Assembly: GCA_965223265.1 (NCBI GenBank)
Contig: OZ244999.1
Location: 4,320,001 to 4,384,000 of the forward strand
DNA: 64,000 nucleotides
Source: Planctomycetota bacterium
GTDB taxonomy: Bacteria; Planctomycetota; UBA8108; SXIK01
Reading direction: 5' to 3'
The translations under genes were made by a program, and so were the position numbers. Below are positions 19,303-28,637 of this stretch, in pieces (the first letter of the stretch is position 1; the number at the start of each line of letters is the position of its first letter). A model generated the notes under the pieces. The model saw only the letters and a program-made list of their open reading frames with translations. It searched no databases and was not told the DNA's origin.

Positions 19303-20213
19303 GAAACGGCCCCCTCCCCGGCCGAGGCGGCCTGATCCACGCAGGCGCAGAAGATGTCTTCTAGATTCAGCCTCTCGACTCCGCAGTCGCCGAATCTCGC
19401 GTTGAGCTGGTCTCCCAGCGAGTCGCTATACGAACCGGTGACGACAACGAGTTCCCGGCTGCGGAACTCCCGACTCGTCTCTCCCGGGATGACGATAGAC
19501 TCCGGAGTCACACCGTCGGCGAGAGGGATAACGAGGCGTCGTGTCCGTTCCTTGATCGCGTCGAGCTCGCCTGTGACCCGCACGATCCCACAGTCGATGA
19601 TCCCAACGGAGTCCGCGATGCGTTCGACGTCGCTAAGAACATGAGAGGTGAAGACCACGGTCTTTCCCTCCTCCCGTGCCGCCTCAAGCGCGGCCCAAAG
19701 AAATTCGCGACGTACGGTCACGTCGAGGCCTACCACGGGATCGTCGAGAATCAGGAGGTCCGGTGACTGGCAGAGGACAAGGGCGAGTTCCGCGCGTCGC
19801 CGTTCGCCGGGACTCATGTCGTCGAGCGGGAGGCCAGCCGGAATCCGGAAACGTTCGGCGAGCTCGCGGGCACGCTCGTGGTCCCACTTCGGAAAAAAAG
19901 CGCTCAGGTAGCGAACGAGGTACGGGAAGGGGAGTTCGGAGTGCGGCACGCCATCCTCGGAGAGGTACCCAATTCGCTGCCGTGTTCCGCGCGAGAGGAA
20001 CCGGGAGTCCTCGCCGAACACAGTCGCGCATCCGCCGTCGGACCGGAGTAGCCCCAGGACAATACGAATGACCGTGGTCTTGCCCGCGCCGTTCAGGCCG
20101 AGCAGACCGAAGATCGAACCAGGAGGCACCTCGAAATTCACATCGTCGAGAACCTTCTTCTTGCCGAAAGACTTCGACAGGCCCTTGACGTAGAGCACCG
20201 CCGTCGTGTTCAT
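19299..20213 (-). CDS. ABC transporter ATP-binding protein (YtrB-like)
   Basis: Walker A GLNGAGKT, signature MSPGE, Walker B LLILDDP, H-loop TSH. Confidence 0.93.
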   Translation of the reverse strand: MNTTAVLYVKGLSKSFGKKKVLDDVNFEVPPGSIFGLLGLNGAGKTTVIRIVLGLLRSDGGCATVFGEDSRFLSRGTRQRIGYLSEDGVPHSELPFPYLVRYLSAFFPKWDHERARELAERFRIPAGLPLDDMSPGERRRAELALVLCQSPDLLILDDPVVGLDVTVRREFLWAALEAAREEGKTVVFTSHVLSDVERIADSVGIIDCGIVRVTGELDAIKERTRRLVIPLADGVTPESIVIPGETSREFRSRELVVVTGSYSDSLGDQLNARFGDCGVERLNLEDIFCACVDQAASAGEGAVS

Positions 20214-20217
20214 TCCA

Positions 20218-20616
20218 TCAACGCTTCACCGAGCGCCTCCTAAAGATTCGAGAGACCTCTGAATTCACGAGCTCCTTTAGCCGTGCCCGCGAAACGTCTA
20301 TACCCGCCGTGTCCTCTGCGAGTCGTTCGACGTGAGATCGTACGAGCCGGCGGAGATCGGCAAGCTGCATAGTCCCCGCGTTGTCGGCGACGAAGGTCCC
20401 CTTGCCACGCTCGAGCCGGAGGACGCCGTCGCGCTCGAGGTCGCCGTACGCCTTTCGCACCGTATGGAAGTTCACCTTCAGGCGCGCGGCGAGTTCACGG
20501 GCGGAGGGCAGCCGGTCGCCAGGTGCGACGCGACCCGAGGCGATGGCAAGGCGGAGTTGACGGGAGATCTGGACGCCAATTGGAACGCCACTGTGAGCTT
20601 CCACGCGGATATGCAC
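20218..20616 (-). CDS. GntR family regulator (YtrA subfamily)
   Basis: Motifs PGDRLPSARELA, VNFHTVRKAY..LE..G, GKGTFV. Short C-terminal domain. Heads the ABC operon. Confidence 0.92.
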   Translation of the reverse strand: MHIRVEAHSGVPIGVQISRQLRLAIASGRVAPGDRLPSARELAARLKVNFHTVRKAYGDLERDGVLRLERGKGTFVADNAGTMQLADLRRLVRSHVERLAEDTAGIDVSRARLKELVNSEVSRIFRRRSVKR

Positions 20617-20634
20617 GAGGCTTACACTCCTGGG

Positions 20635-20662
20635 TTATTGATCTATACTATTAGATCAATAA
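20635..20662. promoter_or_regulatory. Perfect palindrome, probable operator of the GntR/YtrA regulator
   Basis: TTATTGATCTA-TACTAT-TAGATCAATAA, immediately upstream of the RBS. Confidence 0.75.
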
Positions 20663-20831
20663 TGACTGAGCGCACCTTTTCTTGGCCGGTTTTTTGGACA
20701 AGCGTTTTCTGGGTCAGAGCTGGCGACGCGCCCGACCTAGAGGTTGTGAGCCTTGTTTGTTGTTCCGGGATCCGTCATTTCGATGCCTCGAGACGACGAC
20801 CGGTGACGGCCGCGTCAGTTCTGGGTCGAAT

Positions 20832-21743
20832 TCATCGCGCCTCCTGAGCTCCCTGACGCGATTTCGCGGCCGCCCGCAGCCGCGCGACTTTGCGGCGCAC
20901 GCGAGCGGCATCCTCGGGTCGCTCAAGCAGGGCGTAAGAACTCGCCAGCCGCTCGTGCGCCTTGAGGTGCAGCGGCTCTAGGACGATGACGCGCTCGAGC
21001 TCCTCTACAGCCAAGTCGTGTGCTCCCTCTCGGCGGTAGAGCGCGGCCAAGTTAAAACGCGCCGCAGCGTAGTCAGGCTTGATCTCGATGGCGCGGCTGA
21101 GGTGCTCGTAAGCACCTTCGGTTTGCCCCCGCCGCGCCAGCGCCACTCCCATCTGCGCCAAGGCGCGAAAGTGTTCCGGCGCACGCTCGAGAGCCGCTGC
21201 ATACATCTCGAACGCACGGTCGTGACGCCCCATTCTCGTCTCCAGCAGACCGAGGCCGTGATAGACGTCGGCGGAGTCAGGATCAATCTCGAGCGCTCGA
21301 TCGTACGCCGCGCGCGCGTCGTCGAATCTCCCGAGCTCGCGCAGCACGCTCCCTCGCAGGCGATGCACGACGGCATCGTCCGGCGCTAATTCCAACGCCC
21401 GCTGTAGAGTTTTCTCAGCGGTTTTGAAATCCCGCTGTCGAGCCAACACCGCCGCCAGCTTACGGTGGGCCATCACGTGATCGGAGTCAATGCGAATGGC
21501 GCCTTCGAGATAGTCGCGCGCCTCATCAAGCTTCTCCTCGTGAAGCAACACGAACCCAAGTCCATAGTGGGTGCGAGCATCGCCGGGCGCCAAGTCAAAC
21601 GCTGTCTGAAACGCGATCCGCGCCTCGGCTAGCCGCCCGACGTCAATCCAGCGCTCACCGCGGGCAAGAGCTTCCGCGACCGGGTCTACAGCGTCCTCCT
21701 CACCGTGCACGGAGACTGCCGCCGCAAGCAGCAACGCACCCAT
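20832..21743 (-). CDS. Secreted TPR-repeat protein
   Basis: Signal peptide MGALLLAAAVSVHG and about 8 TPR units (AYDRALEIDPDSADVYHGLG). The 5' extension of the computed ORF overlaps the upstream gene and was discarded. Confidence 0.85.
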   Translation of the reverse strand: MGALLLAAAVSVHGEEDAVDPVAEALARGERWIDVGRLAEARIAFQTAFDLAPGDARTHYGLGFVLLHEEKLDEARDYLEGAIRIDSDHVMAHRKLAAVLARQRDFKTAEKTLQRALELAPDDAVVHRLRGSVLRELGRFDDARAAYDRALEIDPDSADVYHGLGLLETRMGRHDRAFEMYAAALERAPEHFRALAQMGVALARRGQTEGAYEHLSRAIEIKPDYAAARFNLAALYRREGAHDLAVEELERVIVLEPLHLKAHERLASSYALLERPEDAARVRRKVARLRAAAKSRQGAQEAR

Positions 21744-21789
21744 GGTCGCACCAAGATGAACTCTCGAACCGTCGGATACCCAAGCGCGT

Positions 21790-22173
21790 TCAGAAAAGGA
21801 AGTCGTCGAAATCATCGAAGTCGTCCTCCAGTGGAAAGTCGTCGCCACCGCCGGGGTCGTGAGCGGCTGCACCGTCTGACCAGTCATCAACATCTGCAAA
21901 GAAGTCGAAGTCGTCGAAATCATCAAAGTCGTCAATGAAATCGTCGCTCGCGTCGTCGGAGGAGCTTGAAGCGTCGGCGTCGAAAAAGTCATCGAAACTC
22001 GAGTCGTCGGGAACGAACACCTCATCCGAACTCGTCCCCTCGGAATCCGAATCCGACGTCCGGCCGGCACCGCCGCCGCAACCCACCGCGCCGAACACCA
22101 ACACGCCCATCAAAGCCGGCGCGCACGAGATTGAATACGTCCGAAACGAACAAAGTGCACGCAGCATATCCAC
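21790..22173 (-). CDS. Small Asp/Phe-rich acidic lipoprotein
   Basis: GGGAGG RBS, lipobox GAVGC, low-complexity FDD repeats. Codon usage is coding-like (GAC/GAT/TTC). Confidence 0.7.
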   Translation of the reverse strand: MDMLRALCSFRTYSISCAPALMGVLVFGAVGCGGGAGRTSDSDSEGTSSDEVFVPDDSSFDDFFDADASSSSDDASDDFIDDFDDFDDFDFFADVDDWSDGAAAHDPGGGDDFPLEDDFDDFDDFLF

Positions 22174-22250
22174 GCCTCCCCACGGGTTGCATGAGTTCTC
22201 TGGTCTCAGCGTCGGACGAGTGAAGAGACCTGCATATTCAACGCTGCGAC

Positions 22251-22283
22251 AAAAAAAACGAAGGACGCGTGTGCGCCCTTCGT
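22251..22283 (-). terminator. Rho-independent terminator
   Basis: Minus strand ACGAAGGGCGC-ACAC-GCGTCCTTCGT followed by a T tract. Confidence 0.8.
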
Positions 22284-22325
22284 CCCTTCAGCCCCCAACC
22301 GTCCTTTTGAGCCTTTCATGCAGTT

Positions 22326-24200
22326 TCAGTTCAGGATACAGATGTTCACCCCGCACTGCGGCAGGTCGTCTTCACTCGGATCGACGCCGCACTCGCTCGC
22401 TCCTGGCGCGGGAGGGTCGTCGCCACCGACAAAGAGATAGTTGAGCACGAAGATCGGGTCGCTGAGGTCCACATCGCCGTCGTCGTTGCCGTCGGCGGCG
22501 TCGGCGCAGCTGATCTCCTCACCGGCGACAAAGAGGCCGTTCAGAATCGAAATAGCGTCGCTGAGGTCGACGGCGCCGCTGCCGTTGGCGTCACCACGCA
22601 GGAAGCGTTCCGCAAGCAAGTCGAATGGCAAGAGCGTCACGCTCGCCGCCGCCACCGGCACCTCCAGTGGATCGACTCGTGCGTCGTTCACCCTAAGTTC
22701 GACGAAGATTTCCTGCGGCTCGTCTCCTTTCAAGAGTGGTGCTTCGAGCTCGATCTCGCCAGGCTGTGGCCCCTCGAACAAGACGTTCACAGCACCGCTG
22801 ATGCGCCAGTAAAAGAGAATGGGATCGCCGTCAGCGTCGTGCGAGTCGAGTCCGCTCAACACGAGTGTTCGCCCGCCCTCGACGGTTTCCGGAGCCACCA
22901 AGATGGGCACCGGTGGTTGGTTCTGGAGTGGGTCGAAGTCGATGACCGCAGTGCCGTTGAACCTCAGACCAGCCTCGTCGGACTCGCGCCACAGGGCGAG
23001 ACTGGCGCCGTCGCTGCCAATCGACAAACCGAGTTGATCGCCCGCAGGAGCGAACGCCTGCCTCCCAACGATGCGAGAGCCCACGACATGCGCGAGCTCC
23101 GAAGTGCTTCGATCAAAACTCATCAAAAAAGCATCATCGTAGAGTGACGTGTGGACGTCCGGACGTTCGCCGTCGGTTAGTGGAAACGGCACGATCGTGG
23201 TCGGCAAGAACGCAGCGTGATCGTTGGACCAAGAAAACTTCATCCCGTACACCGAGCGCTCGCTGTCAAGATCGCTATCGAAAGCGACCATAGCCTGCTT
23301 CGAGACTGGATTGAATGCGATCGAAACGGACGCGCTCGGATCGACGAACGCGACGTGCCGGCCCGCCGAAGAACCATCGATGACTTCCGTTATCACGACC
23401 TCCGAAAAGCCTTCGAAATCCCGCCGAAAAGTGATGAGCGGGAGCGGTCCTACCTCTGTCGTGGCGACGAGCTCCGCAAATCGTGGCTGATGGCCATCGG
23501 CGTCGCGGCTCCCTTCGTCGTCCATCAAGTCGACGACAGGACCCAGGGTCGCGGTGCCAGTCGGCTGTTCATCGGCAAAGACGAACGCCTGGACATGGAT
23601 GTGACGGCGACCGGCGACGTCCTCTTCCCACGCCAACGCGAAGAGAGACTCTTCCGGGTCGATGCCGGCCAAGATGTCGGGGTTCGCGACGCCGTCCCCG
23701 CCGGAGATGAGCCGTGGTCCAGTGCCGACCAGTTCAGCCTGAGGCGTCACCCTCCGAACACGCAGCTGTGCCTTTGACGTCAGAGGATGAATTCCTCCGG
23801 ACCAGACAACGATCCACTCACCGCTCGCCGTATCAAATGCGACGCGGGGGTGACTCATGTTCTCGCCGGGCGGCGAGATGGCAAACGGGCCACTCTGCGG
23901 ATCATTCGCGATCGAGACGATGTTCCCCATAACGACCTCGACGGTTCCGGAGAACACTTCACGCTCCTCTTTCCAGACGATCAGCCAGGAGCCACGAGCG
24001 CTGTTGTACGACGCGTCGGCGCTCGAGTCGCTCGGACCCTGGGAAATCGGAAAGACGTCGAGGTTCGAGGCGAGCCCAGCGGTCGCCGGCGTCCAACCTC
24101 CACCCGAGGCGAAGACCAGAGCCACAACGGCGACCGCCATAGCGCGGCGCGCGCGACACGAAGGAGTAGCAGAGAAGCCGGTCATTTGAAGACGTTTCAT
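22326..24200 (-). CDS. Secreted beta-rich protein with PKD/Ig-like domain and C-terminal dockerin-like module, paralog 1
   Basis: Signal peptide. NQPP...LSGLDSHDADGDPILFYW (PKD-like). FLRGDANGSGAVDLSD...CADAADGNDDGDVDLSD...LNYLF. Confidence 0.85.
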   Translation of the reverse strand: MKRLQMTGFSATPSCRARRAMAVAVVALVFASGGGWTPATAGLASNLDVFPISQGPSDSSADASYNSARGSWLIVWKEEREVFSGTVEVVMGNIVSIANDPQSGPFAISPPGENMSHPRVAFDTASGEWIVVWSGGIHPLTSKAQLRVRRVTPQAELVGTGPRLISGGDGVANPDILAGIDPEESLFALAWEEDVAGRRHIHVQAFVFADEQPTGTATLGPVVDLMDDEGSRDADGHQPRFAELVATTEVGPLPLITFRRDFEGFSEVVITEVIDGSSAGRHVAFVDPSASVSIAFNPVSKQAMVAFDSDLDSERSVYGMKFSWSNDHAAFLPTTIVPFPLTDGERPDVHTSLYDDAFLMSFDRSTSELAHVVGSRIVGRQAFAPAGDQLGLSIGSDGASLALWRESDEAGLRFNGTAVIDFDPLQNQPPVPILVAPETVEGGRTLVLSGLDSHDADGDPILFYWRISGAVNVLFEGPQPGEIELEAPLLKGDEPQEIFVELRVNDARVDPLEVPVAAASVTLLPFDLLAERFLRGDANGSGAVDLSDAISILNGLFVAGEEISCADAADGNDDGDVDLSDPIFVLNYLFVGGDDPPAPGASECGVDPSEDDLPQCGVNICILN

Positions 24201-24264
24201 GGGACGCTCCTGAGCGTAAACACGAGTGAGGTGCGCGGCGAACCGTACTGCCGCTGACAGAGCT

Positions 24265-24300
24265 TCAACGCGTAGGAGCGGTCGTTTCAGACACGATTCT
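24265..24300 (-). promoter_or_regulatory. Conserved upstream motif, copy 1
   Basis: Minus strand AGAATnnTGTCTGAAACGA-N11-CGTTGA, shared with 26429-26464. Confidence 0.5.
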
Positions 24301-24424
24301 CAGCAGGGCTCGAGCGTCTCTTCGCTCCAGATCGGCGGCGGCAGCCGCTGGTCATCGGCGAGATTCTTGAGCATTCCACCGACACCGAGTGTCCGCAGCG
24401 AACAGGCTTCGCTCGAACAAATGA

Positions 24425-24452
24425 AGCGAAGGACGCGGCTGCGCCCTTCGCT
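24425..24452 (-). terminator. Terminator-like hairpin
   Basis: AGCGAAGGGCGC-AGCC-GCGTCCTTCGCT, homologous to the hairpin at 22251. Confidence 0.7.
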
Positions 24453-24476
24453 GTTCGGTTCCTCCTTCGTTGCTCC

Positions 24477-26354
24477 TCAATTGACGCCGCAGAACGTCAC
24501 GTCACACTCGGGAAGGGAGTCCTGGGTTGGATCTACGTCGCAGGTCTCGGCTCCTGGCGCCGGCGGCTCTTCACCGGCGACGAACAGGTAGTTGAGAAGG
24601 AAGATCGGATCGCTGAGGTCGACGTCACCGTCATCGTTAGCGTCCGCCGCGTCGGCACAAGTGATACGCTCTCCGGCGACGAACAGACCGTTCAGAATCG
24701 AGATGGTGTCGCTGACGTCGACGTCGCCGCTGGCGTTGGCATCGCCGCGGGCGAAGCGCGCGCTGCCGAGTCCAGGGGGTACGACCTTGATGAGCGCACT
24801 GGCGGTCGGCGCGTCGCTCGGATCGACCCGCGCGTCGGTGACGGTGAGCTCCACGAAAATCTCCTCGATGTCATCTCCTTCGACCGTCGGTGCGCGGAGG
24901 ATGATCTCGCCAGGCTGTGGCTCGAGCGGCGACGACCGAATGTTGCCCTTGACCGACCAGTGAAAAAGAAGCGTGTCGAAATCAGGATCACGAGAATCTA
25001 GACCGCTGACGAGGAAGGCTTGGCCGCTCTCGACGACGGCAGGCGCGGCAATCCCAATGATCGGCGGGTGATTTTCGAGCGGCTCGAGGTTCTCGAGCGC
25101 TAGGGCTTCGAAGAGCTTGCCGCGTTCGTTTTCCTGTCGCCAAAGAACAAGGCTGTCACCGTGGCTGCCTGTCGCTAGGCGCATTTGGTCTCTGTCGATT
25201 AGGAACCGTTCCGCGCTGGCAACTCGGGCGCCGACGATGTGAGCGAGATTTAGTGTGGTGTTCTCAAACGTCATGAGAAACGTGTCGTCGTTCGGCGACG
25301 CATGGAGGTCCGGGAACGCTCCATCCGCGAGGCGAAACGGCGGCCCACCGATCGGCGCCAATTCGCTTTCGCTCTTCGACCAAACGTACTTCTGGCCGAG
25401 AACGGCGCGCTCGCCCTCTTGGTCGGTGTCAAAGGTGACCATGACTTGCTCTGAGATCGGGTTGAAGGCGATGGATGCTACGGCGTTGACATCCGCAGAC
25501 CCAACGTGAAGAAGCTTGGGAGTTTCCCCGGTGATGCCAGCGACAACGACGTCGGAGTGCGTGACGAAATCGCGGCGAAATGTGACCACATTTACGGGAC
25601 CGTCGTCCGTCATCAAAGTGGACTCGGCTAAACGTGGCCTCCGACCGTCCGCGTCGCGACTGTCCTCACCCGTCATGAGATCAATCGCCGGCCCCACAAC
25701 TGCGGTCCCGGTCGGCTGCTCGTCGTCGGCGACGAGAACTTGGACTTGGACGTGCTGACGCCCGGCGATCGTCTCTTCCCATGCCACCATGAACGCGGAG
25801 CTTCGTTCGCCGAAACCGGCAGTCACGTCAGGATGGGCGACGCCTTCGCCGTCCGAAATCCGGCGCGGCCCGGACCCGACCAGCGTCCCGGCCGCGGTGA
25901 CCAGCCGCGCGCGCACCTCCGGCTTCGTTGTCAGGGGATGGATCCCGCCGGCCCAGACAACGATCCACTCACCGCCGACGGGGTCGTAGGCCACCCGCGG
26001 GTCACTCATGTTCTCGGACGGCGGGGAAATCGGAAAGGGGCCGCTCGTCGTCTGGTCTGCGGCGACGATATTTCCCATGATCACCCCAACAACGTCGGTA
26101 GCGCCCACATCCTCTGCCTTCCAGACGACGAGCCAAGTGCCGTCGCTCGTGTTGTAGGCGGCGTCAGCAGCCGAGTCGCTCGGCCCCGCTGAAACGGCGA
26201 AGAGATCGCTGGTGGAAATCAACCCAGCCACCACGGACTGCGAGAGAACCGTGCCGACTGTAAGGATCAACGCAAAGACTACAACGGATAGCTGCACAGC
26301 CCTGCGACCTGCGCCGTGAAGCCGAACAGATGGGAGGAGTTGGAAGCGTTTCAT
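24477..26354 (-). CDS. Secreted beta-rich protein with PKD/Ig-like domain and dockerin-like module, paralog 2
   Basis: Colinear with paralog 1 (VVWAGGIHPL, FARGDANASGDVDVSD). Confidence 0.85.
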   Translation of the reverse strand: MKRFQLLPSVRLHGAGRRAVQLSVVVFALILTVGTVLSQSVVAGLISTSDLFAVSAGPSDSAADAAYNTSDGTWLVVWKAEDVGATDVVGVIMGNIVAADQTTSGPFPISPPSENMSDPRVAYDPVGGEWIVVWAGGIHPLTTKPEVRARLVTAAGTLVGSGPRRISDGEGVAHPDVTAGFGERSSAFMVAWEETIAGRQHVQVQVLVADDEQPTGTAVVGPAIDLMTGEDSRDADGRRPRLAESTLMTDDGPVNVVTFRRDFVTHSDVVVAGITGETPKLLHVGSADVNAVASIAFNPISEQVMVTFDTDQEGERAVLGQKYVWSKSESELAPIGGPPFRLADGAFPDLHASPNDDTFLMTFENTTLNLAHIVGARVASAERFLIDRDQMRLATGSHGDSLVLWRQENERGKLFEALALENLEPLENHPPIIGIAAPAVVESGQAFLVSGLDSRDPDFDTLLFHWSVKGNIRSSPLEPQPGEIILRAPTVEGDDIEEIFVELTVTDARVDPSDAPTASALIKVVPPGLGSARFARGDANASGDVDVSDTISILNGLFVAGERITCADAADANDDGDVDLSDPIFLLNYLFVAGEEPPAPGAETCDVDPTQDSLPECDVTFCGVN

Positions 26355-26428
26355 GGGATTCTCCTATGTACCCATAGTGAAAGAGTGCTGTGTCCTGTCG
26401 AGCCGGCGTTTCGATCGCCGACCCGGTC

Positions 26429-26464
26429 TCAACGTTTTCGCGCCTTCGTTTCAGACAGAATTCT
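26429..26464 (-). promoter_or_regulatory. Conserved upstream motif, copy 2
   Basis: Same motif and spacing as 24265-24300. Confidence 0.5.
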
Positions 26465-26507
26465 GAAAAGAGAATGCGACAGGTGGTACACGACCGCACC
26501 AAACGAC

Positions 26508-26541
26508 AAAAGGCGAGGGATGCTAGCAGCATCCCTCGCCT
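26508..26541 (-). terminator. Rho-independent terminator
   Basis: Minus strand AGGCGAGGGATGCT-GCT-AGCATCCCTCGCCT followed by TTT. Confidence 0.75.
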
Positions 26542-26576
26542 CGAACGAAAAACTCTCCTCTCGGTGGACACTCGGT

Positions 26577-28451
26577 TCAGTGGACGCCGCAGAACGACAC
26601 CTCACACTCTGCGAGGTCGTCTTCGGTCGGATCGAGATCGCACTCGCGTGTGCCCGGTGCCAGGGGTTCGTCACCGGAGACGAACAGGTAGTTGAGGACG
26701 AAGATCGGATCGCTGAGATCGACGTCACCATCGTCATTGGCGTCGGCTGCGTCGGCACAGGTGATCCGCTCGCCTGCCACGAAGAGCCCATTCAGGATCG
26801 AGATCGCATCGCTCAGATCGACGTCGCCGCTGGCGTTCGCATCGCCGCGGAAGAAACGTGTGCCAAAAAAACCGGCAGGCACAACGGTGACGCGTGCGGT
26901 AACGACTGGCGCTGCGCTCGGGTCGACGCGGTGATCCATGACCGTGAGCTCGACCAGAATTTCGTCCGATTCCTGGTCCTCGGTCAGTTCGGGCGCGGTC
27001 AGCTCCAGTTGCTCCGGATGAGGCTCTCGGATGGCGATCTTCAGCCCACCAGTGATCACCCAGCGGACGGTCCGCGGATCGCCATCGGGATCGAATGACT
27101 CGGACGCGTCGAGGGTGAAATCCTGACCCGCCTCGACGAATTCGGGCGCCACCAATACCGGCTCCGGGGCTCGATTCACGAGCGCCTCCGGGCTCCGAAA
27201 CGTTGCCGCTTCGATCGATCGAGCGTTCGGTTCGTCGCGCCGCCAAAGCATCAGCTGGATATCTCCCTCGCCGATGACCAGACGCGACTGATCGGAACTG
27301 CGGGAAAACGTGCGCGACTCGAGCACGCGGAATCCGGCAACGTGCGCGAGCACGGAGCCGCCGCCGTCCGTCGCGAGCACGAAGGTGTCGTCCTGTAAAG
27401 AGGCGTGCACGTCCGGTCGTTCACCGCCGAGAAGCGGAAAAGGTGTCGCCGATGTCCGCACGAAGTAGCGCCGCTCCGTGTCCCAGAAGAACTTATTGGC
27501 GTACACCGTCCGAGGTCCCTCAAGATCGCTGTCGAATGTCACCATCGCCTGCTGGGAATGTGCGTTGTATGCCACGGACGGACGTGACGCCGGATCGACG
27601 CGCGCGACTCGCCGGCCGCTGGAGAAGTCGTCGAGGATTTCGGTCAGACGAACTTCGGAATACGTCTCGTGATCAAGTCGAAACGTGACGAGTGGCGCAA
27701 CGCCGTCCTCGGTCACGGGGCTGACGCGCGAGAGGCGCGGATAGCGCCCGTCGGCATCCTCACTGTCGAGGTTGCTCGTCAGGTCGAAGACCGGACTGAT
27801 CGGCGCCGTGCCGGTGACCTGCGCATCGTGAAAGGCAAACGCTTGCGCATGGATTCGCTGGCGAGCTCCGTCGGACTCCTCCCACGCGAGCATGAAACTT
27901 GGCGACTCTGGATTCAGATCAGCGACGACATCGGGGTTCGCGATACCCTCGCCACCAGAGACGAGACGTGGGCCGGTGCCAAAGAGCGCACCAAAGGCGC
28001 CAACGCGACGAACGCGGAGCTGTGGCTGGGAGAGGAGCGGATGGATGCCACCCGCCCAGACGACGACCCACTCACCCCAGTACTGGTCGTAGGCGACGCG
28101 CGGATCGCTGGTGTTAGCGCCTGGCGGAGAAATGGCGAACGCGTCGCTCATCTTTTCACCGGCGTCGGTCACGATCCTTCCCATCACCACGTGGACCGGC
28201 CCGGCGAACGTATCGCTCTCCTCCTTCCAGACGACGAGCCAGCTGTCGTTGGCACTGTTGTAGGCAGCGTCAGGGGCGGAATCGGCCGGTCCAAGTGAAA
28301 GCGGGAACGAGTCGACGGTCTGGGAGGGGAAGTCTGCCCTCGCCGCGGAGAAGAGGTTCAAGACGATGGCGAGCGCGGCGGCGCTGACCGCGGCGCGGGA
28401 CCGAACAGAGCCGGAATTCTGCAATCTGTGAAAGGAATCGAACGTTTGCAT
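26577..28451 (-). CDS. Secreted beta-rich protein with PKD/Ig-like domain and dockerin-like module, paralog 3
   Basis: Colinear with paralogs 1 and 2. LDASESFDPDGDP. FFRGDANASGDVDLSD. GGGAG RBS. Confidence 0.85.
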   Translation of the reverse strand: MQTFDSFHRLQNSGSVRSRAAVSAAALAIVLNLFSAARADFPSQTVDSFPLSLGPADSAPDAAYNSANDSWLVVWKEESDTFAGPVHVVMGRIVTDAGEKMSDAFAISPPGANTSDPRVAYDQYWGEWVVVWAGGIHPLLSQPQLRVRRVGAFGALFGTGPRLVSGGEGIANPDVVADLNPESPSFMLAWEESDGARQRIHAQAFAFHDAQVTGTAPISPVFDLTSNLDSEDADGRYPRLSRVSPVTEDGVAPLVTFRLDHETYSEVRLTEILDDFSSGRRVARVDPASRPSVAYNAHSQQAMVTFDSDLEGPRTVYANKFFWDTERRYFVRTSATPFPLLGGERPDVHASLQDDTFVLATDGGGSVLAHVAGFRVLESRTFSRSSDQSRLVIGEGDIQLMLWRRDEPNARSIEAATFRSPEALVNRAPEPVLVAPEFVEAGQDFTLDASESFDPDGDPRTVRWVITGGLKIAIREPHPEQLELTAPELTEDQESDEILVELTVMDHRVDPSAAPVVTARVTVVPAGFFGTRFFRGDANASGDVDLSDAISILNGLFVAGERITCADAADANDDGDVDLSDPIFVLNYLFVSGDEPLAPGTRECDLDPTEDDLAECEVSFCGVH

Positions 28452-28637
28452 CGGACACTCCCGAGTAAAACTGTGAAGGCTCGAAACTCGTTTGAGGACG
28501 GCTCAGGCTCGACCCCGAAGGCCGAACCATCGCGACTCGGATTCAACGACCACGAGCTACTCGAGCAGACACCCATCCGGTGCAATTTTCGAAAAATCTC
28601 GCCGCCCGCTGACGCCGTGATGGTAGTCGTAAGATCA

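Noticed and set aside
21744-22070. Thr/Ser-rich N-terminal extension of the TPR protein
   Set aside because: It is an alternative frame of the acidic lipoprotein gene. The TPR protein has its own signal peptide from ATG 21743.
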